Positions 38,949-50,557 of a DNA stretch of 64,000 bases are shown here, in pieces (position 1 is the first letter of the stretch; every line of letters begins with the position of its first letter). Position numbers and translations under genes: made by a program. The notes under the pieces were generated by a model. The model saw nothing but the letters and a program-made list of their open reading frames with translations, made no database searches and was not told the DNA's origin. The stretch comes from Podarcis vaucheri. Taxonomy: Eukaryota. The DNA is taken from the NCBI GenBank assembly GCA_965113315.1, contig OZ220370.1; one strand, written 5' to 3'.

Positions 38949-39835
38949 AATAGAATTGTGACATGATCACAATTTCCTGAAGGATTCTAGTAGTTATTAA
39001 TGCTGAAATCCAGTGTGCTGCAATGACTGACAGTGTCACCTGTGAGTTTCTGGCTCAATTCTTGCCCAGCCATGGATAGATGGCCTTTACGTAGGCTGGT
39101 ATCTGTGTCTCCAGTGCTATGTGGGGATAATAGTACTATCCATTGATTTTAATGGGTCCAGTATTCAATATGACTTCAGTCAGATACAATCCAAATCATA
39201 CATTGCTGATAGTTGTTGTAGTAATAATATTCAGTGTCATAATTTGTGAAAAGGTACCAGACTACTAGATTAACAACCAAAGTATGTTGTAAGCCTAAGT
39301 ATTAGCATTATTCTGCCCCCATAGAGGTCAGTTATTTAGTGATAGCAAATTTGTGTATTAGTATTATGTAGAAGGAATAATTCTGCCCCTTTAAGAAAAG
39401 ATAATGCCTTCCCCCTTTTTAGACCTCAAGGCAGATTGGGAAATGTAGGTACAGCAATATTCTAGTTTCTATTGGCTCTGCTCAGAGCGGGAAGAAACCT
39501 CCCTTTCTCTTTTGTTTCAATCCTAGCGCTTGCCTATCCAGGAAAATGGATGAACTCGCTCATTCTTACATAACTCAACAGGGAACTTCATAAAAAGCGT
39601 CTAACCACTTTAATTTTCCTAACTTGTAACATGAAGTTAACGTAATTTGCAGGAAATCATCATGAACCTGGCACATGCTAAATTGTAGTTAGTGGATGTA
39701 GTGTACATGCAGCAGGATATTTTTATTCTGAAAATAGTAGCCTACCGTGTCATAAAACATGGCTTAACAGTTAGAACATTTTGCACTAGGATGGTAGAAA
39801 TCTCAAAACACTGGTATCCAACTAAGTCATATTAA
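38948..39835 (+). repeat. Copy 2 of the ~890-bp direct duplication
   Basis: Begins at the SINE tail. Differs from copy 1 by about 15 substitutions and 4 small indels (+3, -2, -1, -4) by manual alignment. Confidence 0.97.
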
Positions 39836-41073
39836 ACTTAAACTGATTTAAATCAATAAGCTTAGGTTAGTCAGTTCCATTGCAGTGGTTCCAACTCTGT
39901 GTATGACTTAGATGCCACCCACTGAATGTGGCTTTCCATCTCTATGGGAAGAGATAAGCAGCATCCCCAGGTTCTAGTAATCCTTCTTATTCAGAATGTC
40001 CTCTACAAGCTTTTTGACCATCAAGGTCACAAATGGAATGGGCACCATTAGGTAATTCTTCCTGAGGGGTGAAGTAACATGGCTGCAAATGCTGCCCAGG
40101 AGGGTTTGGTCAGGGGCTTTGATCCCCGCTGGGACAGACAGAACCAGAAGGAAGGATAACAGCTGTGAGCAAGACTGTGGCTTGGCATGGTTATCAGGAA
40201 CCCAGCATTGCAAAAGGAAGGTCCCACCTCTTTAGGGAAAATGGGATTTGCTTAGTTAGTGGAAGGAGGCTGCAAGCTTTATCATGGGAATGTGGTAAGA
40301 AATATTAAGACCTTATGCTTACCTGTGTAAAGAGGAAAGGATCCAAGGTAGGTTGATCACTCCAGATGGCACAAGGACCAGTGTAGAACTGGAAAATGTC
40401 ACCTGTGTTGGGAGAGCAAAAAGTTAATGTTGACTGCAATGGGAAAAAGCAGAATGGTCACAAGAATGGAGCAGCTTGAGAATGGGCTATGATTCAGGAT
40501 AAAGGTGGGATACAAGGAGCAGTGTACAAGGAGCAGAGGGATACAAGTAGCTCAGCTCAGGAACCTTCTTATGCCTAATTTTCCTCATAATAGCTTAATT
40601 CCCACCCCACATGCCCATTTTTCATGTTCTTTCAATAATGTTGTGGCCAGTTCAAGCCCATTGAGTGGTTTCCACTTCCTTTTATCCTTCTCTGCCTACC
40701 AGAGGGCCAGGGGGGATGATTTAACCCATGGATTGTAGAAATAAAGAAACAGTGAATTTAACTTTCTTCTATCTAGTTCTTTGACAAATTTTCTTTTCCA
40801 TGCTAAGTCATGGCTTAGTTTCTAGCATTCATTGTCACAAACGTCCAATATAAAATTGCTGTAGCATTCCACTCAAATATTTGAGTGCATGTTATCGAAA
40901 GAAGGTGTTTCTTCATTGACCAACAAACACTGCAGCTTTCCGCAGTGATGGATGACCATCCTTGACTTGGTTAAACCTCTGTTGGATTGTCTCTACAACA
41001 GAGTGCTGGGTATGCTGTGGAAGATGAAAAAGTGGCCTAATCTTACCTTTGACTTCTTTGCTTTCACTTTCAG

Positions 41074-41274
41074 GAGTTGGAATTTTCCAACCTGTTTGCA
41101 GTCCTGCATTGTATCCACTCCTTCTTTGCGGCCAAAGTGGCTTGTTTGGACCCACTCTATGTTGGCAGTCAGGCCACAGCTGCTGCTACTGCTGTTACTG
41201 CTGCTGCTGCTGCTACTACTGGTGCTGCTGTTGCTACATCTTCTGGCACTAGCAAATTGAAGTATACGACTTGA
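41074..41274 (+). CDS. SNTG1: Gamma-1-syntrophin terminal coding exon (ELEFSNLFAVLHCIHSFFAAKVACLDPLYVGSQATAAATAVTAAAAATTGAAVATSSGTSKLKYTT*)
   Basis: Acceptor ctttcactttcag|GAG, TGA at 41272-41274. Carries the LHCIHSFFAAKV SU-domain motif and a C-terminal KYTT as recalled for SNTG1 rather than SNTG2. Confidence 0.96.
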   Translation, partial: ELEFSNLFAVLHCIHSFFAAKVACLDPLYVGSQATAAATAVTAAAAATTGAAVATSSGTSKLKYTT

Positions 41275-41558
41275 TGGCTCCTATTTCTGCACTTGCCACA
41301 TTCCAGGAGTACATGAGACTACGTATACGAAACATTCATCAGACAGGTCTCTCGGAGAACAAACAGCAAGCAAGAGAACTGACTCAAGAGACAAGTGGCA
41401 GTTGTCAGCAGAGTATGGTCACATGGGATCATGAATTAAGTCTCAATTTTACAAGGCATCAGTACATAATCCAAGCAGAAATCTCTGAGGTGGATGAAGA
41501 TGCTTTTCTAGTATAATCTGATTGTGTTTTGAATGACACTGGAAACAAAAGAAACAGA

Positions 41559-41564
41559 AATAAA
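41559..41564 (+). promoter_or_regulatory. Candidate proximal polyadenylation signal of SNTG1
   Basis: First AATAAA noted, ~285 nt after the stop codon. Usage is unverified. Confidence 0.3.
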
Positions 41565-43453
41565 CGAATGACACAGTGCTGCACTTAAGTATTTAATACA
41601 ATTTTCAAATCTCCATAATAATAGACATTTTCTTTCCAGATGTTTTTATATGACAACCTACCAAGTTCTGGATCAGAACTAATTTCCTCTTGCTAGACTA
41701 TAAATGTCAAGCAAAGAGGGATCAGTGTGTAGCAACAAGGAAGTGAATGCAAAAAGATGCTACTGTATCTCCTTAGAAAAGAAAGCACCTTAAGTACTGT
41801 TGCAAATTCATATTTGTGCCCTTTTTACATAGAATCATCTTCATTCTTAATTTTGGTTCCATCCCATTATCATAATGATAATAGTATAGCCATATTAGGT
41901 CAACATGTTTTTAAAAAGGAAATATAAGCATAATGAAGCCATCTGCTATTGAAGCCTATAGTACTTAAGCCACTTAGCTCTTGCTCTCATGAACAGCAAA
42001 TGAGGTGGAAATTCTGTAATTCTCAAATTGCAGTTTGGGGCTCACAAAATTCAGCGTTCTGTGATACAGGCAGTAGCAGCCAGCGGGGGGGGGGGGGGGG
42101 GCCAGGCAGCAGAGAGTTCAGGGTGGTGCAGGCACAGTGCTGGGTATGTTGAATTTCCTTTGCTGCTGCTCTTCCACCACACCTGCTCCTCACTGCCTTG
42201 CCACTCCCTCATGTAGAGATGCATGACTTAGGGAAACCAAGTCAGAAACACAGCGCACACAGCCACCACATGCTGCTGCACATGGGGAGGGAGGAATCAC
42301 AGCATGTAGTGAACTCAATGTGAGCATGAATGGTGGTAGCATAGCCTTCAACATGACATGCTAATTTTCTTTCTGTGTGAATATTTTTCATGGAGAATCA
42401 TCATAACTTGATGAGCCTTCACCTCAGAGCCTAAAGTGGTAGAGACTAAACACAGGTTCACCTGTTTTTGTGAGACCTAGGCCTCAATTCTGGAGTAATT
42501 CCATTGACCTTATTAGAACTACCCAGAAATTGTTTGAGGATCGTGGTCTTAAGCCAACAAAACCTTTTCCCCTTTTCCCTTTGCTTTCTTTCTACATACA
42601 GATTCTCCGTTGTTAGTAAAAAATCTGTTAACATTCAGAATTGTTTTAATTATGAATGAATTACAAAACCAATGTTAAACCTGTTTAATTATGTCTTTTA
42701 TTATTCAGTTTTATAGTGAAGTGTCTTTTAATCTGCCAGGCTTTGTTCTCAAATCCCAAGTATTATATTTTGTTACAGGCACAATAAAGGTCGCACAAGG
42801 CTTCACTTTTAAATTTGATTTTCATATTACCAACAGGAAACCAAGAAATAGAATTCATTTACTCTTTGGTATTTTAATTAACAGCTGTTAAAAATGACCT
42901 TACCAAAAAGCAAGCTTTCTTGTAGGTTAAATGGAACATCCCAATTTTTGAAGTGAAACTTGGAAAGTTTTAGCAAACTCTTAAAATGGCATTCAGTGTT
43001 GTGTCATGTAAAACTAGCCCACAGGGTAAGACAATAAGCCCTTTTGAGATATTTTATGTATGAGGCCAGCAGGCTCTGCCTCCATTGTTCATGTATTCAT
43101 TGTACCATTTGCAAAGACCTCCATACATACAGTTGTAAAAGCAGAGGATTCTTCATCTGTTCGGCAACTCTGGAAAAGCAGCATGCCCTAATATTATAAG
43201 AGAACCCTCTTTGCATGCACTGGGGTCTTTTCAGATAGTATAAGAAACACTCATACATTGGAAGGCAGAGCCTTCCGCTGAGATATAACCCCTCCCACAT
43301 GCACTGATTTCATCTGTAAAATGTCTGAAAAGGGTAATATGCTTTACATGTATTTTTAAGAATTGTATTTTAATGATGAATCTAGAGATCTACTATATAT
43401 GTACAGTGTATATAACACTGATAAGGTTCCAAAGAGGTATTAGGAAATATTCT

Positions 43454-43458
<5 letters not shown>

Positions 43459-43492
<34 letters not shown>
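43459..43492. repeat. (TC)n microsatellite
   Basis: Perfect dinucleotide run. Confidence 0.95.
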
Positions 43493-43496
<4 letters not shown>

Positions 43497-46400
43497 ATGA
43501 GTTTAGTTTTGCATCGAGTACAATCCAGATCACAATTATGTGTATAAGCCAGATTCAAATCAATGCAAATAAGTATTTTCAACCATGCAGATTGTTCCCC
43601 ATTGCCCTTACACCAAGGATAGGAATCATGATCTAATTTCATACAAGTTGGGGAAAGGGGAACAATCCAGTGGGAAATGAGGTAACAGAAGGAGAGAAGA
43701 GAGAGAAAATAGTGGCCAAAAGGGAGGGAAGGGGAGTTGGCTCCACCCACTCTTGGCTCCAGTTTCCCCATTGGTGGCTGCAGTCCCATCCACTACCAGC
43801 ATGCAGTCTCCAATATATTACCCCTGAGACAAAATGGCCCTCAACAGAAATAAGGGTTGTCCATCTCTGCCTTTTGTGCAGAACTGTTCAGGGAGATTTG
43901 AGATCTATACATGCAGAGAGTCCTTTTTATATTTACTTTCCAGAAAAGTTGCCTCATCTCTGTCCCTCTTACTGTAAGTTGCTTTGCTGGAGTTTTCTTT
44001 GGGGCATGAATTTTAAAAGTCCCATTGCCCATGTGTTCAGGGGATAAAATGAGATGGGCCAATGCTATACAATGGAATCTTGGCTCCCGAACACCCAGGG
44101 AGCTAACATTCTGGCTCCTGAACAAATGAAAACCAGAAGTAACTGTTCTGGTTTTCAAACGTTATTTGGAAGGCAAACACCCGGTGCGGCTTCTGATTGG
44201 CTGCAGGAAGCTGCTGCGGGCAATCAGAAATGGCACCTTGATTCCTGAACTGTTTCAGGAATTGAACAGACTTAAGTTTGGGAACCAAGGTTCCACTGTA
44301 CTATCTTAAACTGAAGCTTGTAACTGACAGTTTTCATTTCGCATATACATGTAGCACATATATTTTATACCAGGATGGTAATCTGCTGCTACTTAACTAT
44401 CCCTGTGCAATATTTTTATGAACTAATCATTCAATAATTTGTCGTTCTTGCTGAAATTAGCTTTGAAGGAAATAACTAAGGTTAAGAAGGAAACGGTGAC
44501 TACATTTGATGTTACTTGGTCCAAACTATCCTTAAGAATGAGTCACTAATTGCAAGCATTATATTAGAACTTCATAGGAAGCTTGTCTGGGGGGTAATAT
44601 TTAATAAATCATGGTGGGATCCAATTAACACTGTGCTAGCTCATACCAGTGAATCAAGCATGCAACACACACACAGTTTTCCCTGCTCACATAAGATATA
44701 TCATTCCCCTGCCCACCAAACAGGCTCTTGGAGCCAATCCCAGGCTCAAATGTTTCAACTCATCAACTTGGGCTTTGAAGGAAAGACAGGATGTTTAAAT
44801 GAATATGATAATATGTATTGAATTCAAAAACTAGTATCATGGTTCTGTGGATCCTTCATTAGCATGCAGCATGCTGAGAATCATGCAATAGAGTCAGTAA
44901 TATTTTAAAATCCAGAGTTTCAGCCAGGATGTGACCTAAGCATCTCAAAAGACCACACACACATATCACATTGCCAATTTGTGCATCAAATCCAATTCAT
45001 AAATCTATTCAATATTGTTTCCAGTTACAAATTCAAAGTAATATGTGTGAGAGTATAGTGATACAAGATGAATCTTGTACAAGGTGGCATATTTGAATTC
45101 ACTAAACTAGGAACCAAGGTATTCCAAGTACTCCATGTAATCTAAAGGCTCTGTTGTGAAAATGTGACACTGGAGAGATCTGAACGGTTGGCATTAGAGC
45201 CCGAAGTCAATAGCAAAATTTTGCCTGCTGACTTCAGTAGAATCAATGGCAAGCAAAGTACATGGTTGCTTTTACTTCTCATGCACTTAAGAATAGTAAA
45301 GTCACTTGCTCACTTTGAAGTTGATGTGGGGATTAGCACTCATTAATGGGAATGATCATGATTGTGCCTTAAAAGTATCAGTCTTGCTACACTATTACAG
45401 TAATCCTCATACTAATAGCTTCTCATAATGGCAACTAAACTGCCTACTTTCTGAAGCCAAAAGCAAAATTCTTGAAACTATAACAGACCAAAAGATAACA
45501 CAGATTACAAATGGGTCTGCTATATAATTAGGAGATGAATCATGTAGTTGTATTTTTCAAACAATAATGGCTACCTTATGGCAGCTTAGATATCTGGCAT
45601 CATTAGGGCTGCCTTATTTATTTGTACCTGTCTTTGGGAGGCAAGTATGGATGTGATAAGTTCACCCTTTGATTATTATTATTTTAAATGCTGTGGTTTT
45701 CTTTAGAAACTACTAAAAAAATGAGGAAGCTACTGAACTCAAGGTATTCATTAAAACTATTTTTGGTACCATAACAAATGCATCTTCAAGAAAAGCTTAT
45801 AACACAGAAAAGTAGAGCTCAAGATTCTTATTTTTAAATACATATGGTCACTCATATGAAGTAAGAATGTGACTTATGTTGAGTCAGGTAGCTTCAAGGC
45901 TTTGCTACCAGAGATCTATTTAGCTGGAGATGGCGGGGATAGCTCCTTAGACCCTTTGTATGAAAAATGTGTTCTATTCTGAAGCTATAGCTCTGACTGG
46001 TGTAAGTGAGTTAAGGGGGGTGATTGCACTCATTTTGTGAAAGCATCCATTCATATAATGCAAAGTGCCATGGCAGAATCATGAGAGAGTCTGCTTTTTA
46101 CATATTGTTTGCAATCGTGTGGCCCAGAATATCCTGAAGATACTATGCATGTGGTAATTCAGTTTACAGTTTGGTGATGCTTAATACATAATTTTTTAAG
46201 CTAATTCCAGTAAGAGATTGTCAACTGAACTAAATTCTGGTGGCACCTCTAAATATAGCAGTTCAACATTATATATAATATGATATGTGAATCTAACTGC
46301 AATCCTGAGGTCCATATGGGCCAGAGCTGTGCCATTGCTTGTTGTGTCTTTTTAGCTTTTCCAGGCAGTAGCTCCCAGTGTATTGGCTCATGCCCTGTGA

Positions 46401-46587
46401 TTATTAAAAAAAACCCTCAACAACTTAGAAAAGGGTTAAAATCTGTTGGGTGATTTTTAAGTTAACACCACCTGTTGCCAGGGAATATGATAAAGAACGC
46501 CCTGAGTATGTGCATTCCTGAGAACTTTGGTCTACAACTGATGAGTCATATCCTGACCAAATGTGGGTCACAGCAGTGACACCACCA

Positions 46588-46589
<2 letters not shown>

Positions 46590-46627
<38 letters not shown>
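46590..46627. repeat. (GT)n microsatellite
   Basis: Perfect dinucleotide run. Confidence 0.95.
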
Positions 46628-46629
<2 letters not shown>

Positions 46630-49165
46630 AGGAGAAAAAAATAGTGCATTTGGTTACAACAAATGACCCCTTTTATAGAATGGGGAACTTCATCAAGAGC
46701 ATCTATTTTCATCACTACTTGAGGAAACTACATCTACAAAAATTTCATCTTGATGTTCAACACTTAAATCAGGACAGGGAACCCTGTGGCCCTGCAGATG
46801 TCGTCAGACTCCAACTGCCATCTTTCATTATCATTGGCCACGGTGTCTGGGGCTGATAGAATCTGGAGTTGAACAACATCTGGAGAATCACAGCTTCCCT
46901 GGCGCGAACATAAATGTACATTAGTCCCCTGCTTTCTCTCCTTATATCCGATTGCAGGAAGCTAGACATATATGGTTTAGAAATATTGAAGTGAGTCCCC
47001 TGTTGCTGGATGTAGCTAAAGCTGGGTTGTGAACCTTAAAATCTGACAGCTATTGCCCCAAGGACATTGGGACCACAGGAATATGCAATAACTTGCATGA
47101 AAGCTCTGTGAGTTGTGTGTAATTAAAATATGGACTATGAATATCCTGCAGATAATATTGCACTGGAAAGATTAACATCCTTTTCCATATAAATGGGGCA
47201 CGGTTCTTTATAAGTTGCACAGCCATATTTTGGGGTTGTAATTGCCAGCAGAAACTCTGTGTAAAAACTAGGCTAGGATCCAATAAGCAGTATGCATGAG
47301 CTCAAAACAGACTCCTGCATGGGGGCAGGGGAGGTTGACTGCCTGTTTTTCCTCCCCCACCCCTTCCCCCTGAAGCATCATATATTGCTCTAGAGGGTTC
47401 CCCAGTTCTCAATACAGCTTTTGTGGGGAAGCAGAAAGGGGAAGGGGCTGGAAAGAGTCCAGTGGGAAATGGACTGGAAAGCCATGGTGCATATACAGCC
47501 TTTGGATCCAAGTCTAATTAGATAGAGCTATGAGAATAGCTTAACTTGAAACTTGGGGGTTGTTTTGCCATATCAATCTAAATTGATATGTAAAATTTGT
47601 AAAATGCAAATGCCACAAATTATTCTGCTTCAAGAACAACTCACAAAACACAAATTGAATATTATCCTCTGAAGAGTCAAGGCATTGTTCTAATAAACCT
47701 TGTTCCATCAAGTATTGATCAGATAACTCAGTGTGCTTTAGTATAGGTAATGATGGGAATTGTAGCCTCTCTTGAACTTTTCAGAATCACTCATAACCAG
47801 CAATCTTCATGATTACATCTCAAGCTGTACTGTTTCACTTAGAGGAGTGAAAGGAATCGGTGCCTAAAGATTTTGAAGTTCCTAACTGAAAATTGCGAAG
47901 GAAATCAAGATAGGTAGACTTGAATGAATTATCTGCATGCATATGTTCCACTTTAGAACTTATTCTTTTTTTGGTATGCATCCATAAAAGACATTAATGG
48001 AGCACAGGGCAGATGAAGGTGGTTTTAAAAATGTCTGGGGGGGGCTCATTCCTATGCTGGCAAAGCATTTGAATACATGTGTAACTCCATGCATGTGTTG
48101 TAATGACTTCCATCAATAGGAATAATATTGTGCATGCTTTTAAAGACTTACATGAATCATGTTCTAGATAACAAAAAGTATTTAGTCTTCATGGAGAAAG
48201 AAAATGGCCAGTCGTAGGAAATGAAATCCTTGTGGAAGTGACCAGAGAGTTCATTATGGCCAAAACCCTTTATTGAAATTGCGGAAAATGTTTGGGTTTT
48301 TTTAGGTTTTTTTATCATTTTGATTCTGCAAACAGGCACCCCAGCTGTGTAATACTAACTGATGCATGAGCTCCAATATCCACTGGAGTTGCCAAATTCA
48401 TTTCAAGCATTAAATTTGTATTCCCACATAACAGTGTACATGTATCTATCTGCTTTCTTCGTTTTGGCATGGAGGCCATCATAGAACATGTGGTGATCTT
48501 GAGAGCCCCAGACTAAAATACTGAGCAGGTTTGCCTGTGCATAACTCCTCTTGAATTAAATTGGACTTGCATGAATGTAACTGAGCACAGGATTTCAGCC
48601 AAAGTGTGGCTCAAAACAATTTGAACAATTGATGCCTGGTTTACAGTAATAATCTATGACCTTTTTAGAAATAGGATTTGAAACTTTGAGCCACTCCAAA
48701 TGTTCCAAACCTAACTTCAAGTGAGTAACAATCCCTCAGAACAAAATGCAGATCAACTTTATTTCTATATTTTATGGTATATTCTACACTTGCTTTAAGA
48801 TATAATTCTAAGTAAAATATGTATATATTGGTTGGGGAAATGACTATTTTTGCAGCAGATGCACAATCTTGACATAGAGTAATAAAATCATATCAGCTAT
48901 TTTTCCCCAGGCCTTAAAATTATCTGATTTTGGCTTATTCTCATTGCTTTGTACATTGATAATATTTCATGAGTTTTAATTTGTGGTTGGGGGAAATGAC
49001 AGAGCAAATGTAATATAAAGTATTATATATTTTATAAATACTGAGGTTTAAAATACCAGATCAAACAATCTAAATATTTATTTCATTTTCAATTATGTTT
49101 GTGGCTCTTTGTAGTGTTTTGTGACTCAAAGACATCTAGTTGTTTAAACTCATAAATGAACTACT

Positions 49166-49171
49166 AATAAA
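49166..49171 (+). promoter_or_regulatory. Candidate distal polyadenylation signal
   Basis: AATAAA followed by a U/GU-rich tract (ttccttctgtttggttttgtttc) at the end of a very AT-rich segment. Confidence 0.3.
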
Positions 49172-49384
49172 ACATTTCCTTCTGTTTGGTTTTGTTTCAT
49201 TGATTTGTAATCATGAAAAGAAAAAAATAAAATACTTTTTTAACAACTTGTTTTGGGCATATGATGTGTGGCTATCTGCATCAGACTAGAAACTGCATTT
49301 ACAGATGTTTTTATTGCTGGGATTTTTATTGCTAATATGTTTCATGGGACAAAATTCATGAATGAAATAAATGAAACAATTAAG

Positions 49385-49386
<2 letters not shown>

Positions 49387-49415
<29 letters not shown>

Positions 49416-49422
49416 CACACAC
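49387..49422. repeat. (CA)n microsatellite
   Basis: Near-perfect dinucleotide run. Confidence 0.9.
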
Positions 49423-49661
49423 TTGACCGTAGACAAAAGGCTGAGAAGTGATACATAACAGGCATTCCAAGGGGTGGATGCCATTAAAGGTCCAATCCTT
49501 GCACTGTACAGATGAGACGGTATCAACAGGAGGTCCTCTTCTGTACAATGCAGTTTCCAAGTTGGTATATCAGTGTGAGATGATTTTTTTAAAGGTATCC
49601 TTGTTGGTATATGGCGTTGTACACTATAAGCAGAAGAGGACCTCCTGCTTATAGTGTACAA

Positions 49662-50050
49662 AGCCTTTAAAAAGCAGGTCATTGAATTTAGCCCAGCAAC
49701 AGAGTGGCAGGCAGTGCAATTCTTTCAACAACAGTGCAACATGATGCTGATATTCTGCCCCAGTAAGCAGCTGAGCCGCTGCATTTTGTGCTAGCTGCAC
49801 CTTCTAGGTCAATCTCCAGTAAAGCCACGTATCAAGCACATTGCAACAGTAGTCAAATCTTGAGGTATCCAGCACAGGGTGACAATAGTCAGGTTATCCT
49901 GGTCCAGGAATAGAAATTGCTGCCTTATCAGCCCAAGCTGGTAGAAGGCATGCCTATCTACTGAGGGCACCTGTGCCTCTAGTGGCAGAGGTGACTCCAG
50001 AAGCATCCCTAGACTCCAAACCTGCTCCTTCAGGGAGAATACAACCCTAT
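49662..50050 (-). mobile_element. Degraded L2-like RT fragment
   Basis: Minus-strand translation resembles L2 ORF2 (EQVWSLGMLL...LEAQV...AFYQLGLIRQ; QLAQNAAAQLLTG). Confidence 0.65.
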
Positions 50051-50511
50051 CTGAAGCAGGCAATTGACCAGTTATCTGGACTCAGGAGCCTCTCACCTAC
50101 ATCTTTCTCAGGCTCAGTTTGTAGGTTCTCATCCAGACTAGGTATGCACCTAAATATGTATCAGGCAGCTAAGTACCATATGTTCCCTTAAGTAAATACA
50201 GAAGTGGGGAAGCTGAATTCTCACTGTAACAGCAGAGTGAAGGTGGGAGAAGCTTATCTCTTTTCAACCCCCCACCAGGATTAGAATAGTGATCTCCCCA
50301 CCACCAAGCCAAAAAAAGGACTTGGGTGCTGACGGGGCATTTTTCTAAGTCAGGGGTTCTTGGCTGGGGGAAAAGTGAGCCTCCGCTTCACATATAATGC
50401 CTTCAGTCTGAGAAGTGGGCTCCCCAACACTACCTACCTAAGGAAAAGCAAAAAACCTAGTCGTCTGCTATGTATTTAAGTACACAGCTCATTACTCTGT
50501 AAGAGTAGACT

Positions 50512-50557
50512 CAGAGTAAGAGGACCAAAGAGAGGACTCTTTGGTCCTCTTACTCTG
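50512..50557. repeat. Perfect 21-bp inverted repeat with 4-nt loop
   Basis: cagagtaagaggaccaaagag-agga-ctctttggtcctcttactctg. Confidence 0.95.

Noticed and set aside
37692-39835. LTR retrotransposon interpretation (two LTRs around an internal region)
   Set aside because: The repeats lack TG...CA ends, a PBS/PPT and an outer TSD, they contain fragments of old MIR-like and palindromic repeats like ordinary intron DNA, and the interior is exactly one SINE.
40952-41260. ORFs encoding poly-Leu (40952..41260) and poly-Cys (41049..41252)
   Set aside because: They are alternative frames of the GCT repeat in the real SNTG1 terminal exon and have no independent support.
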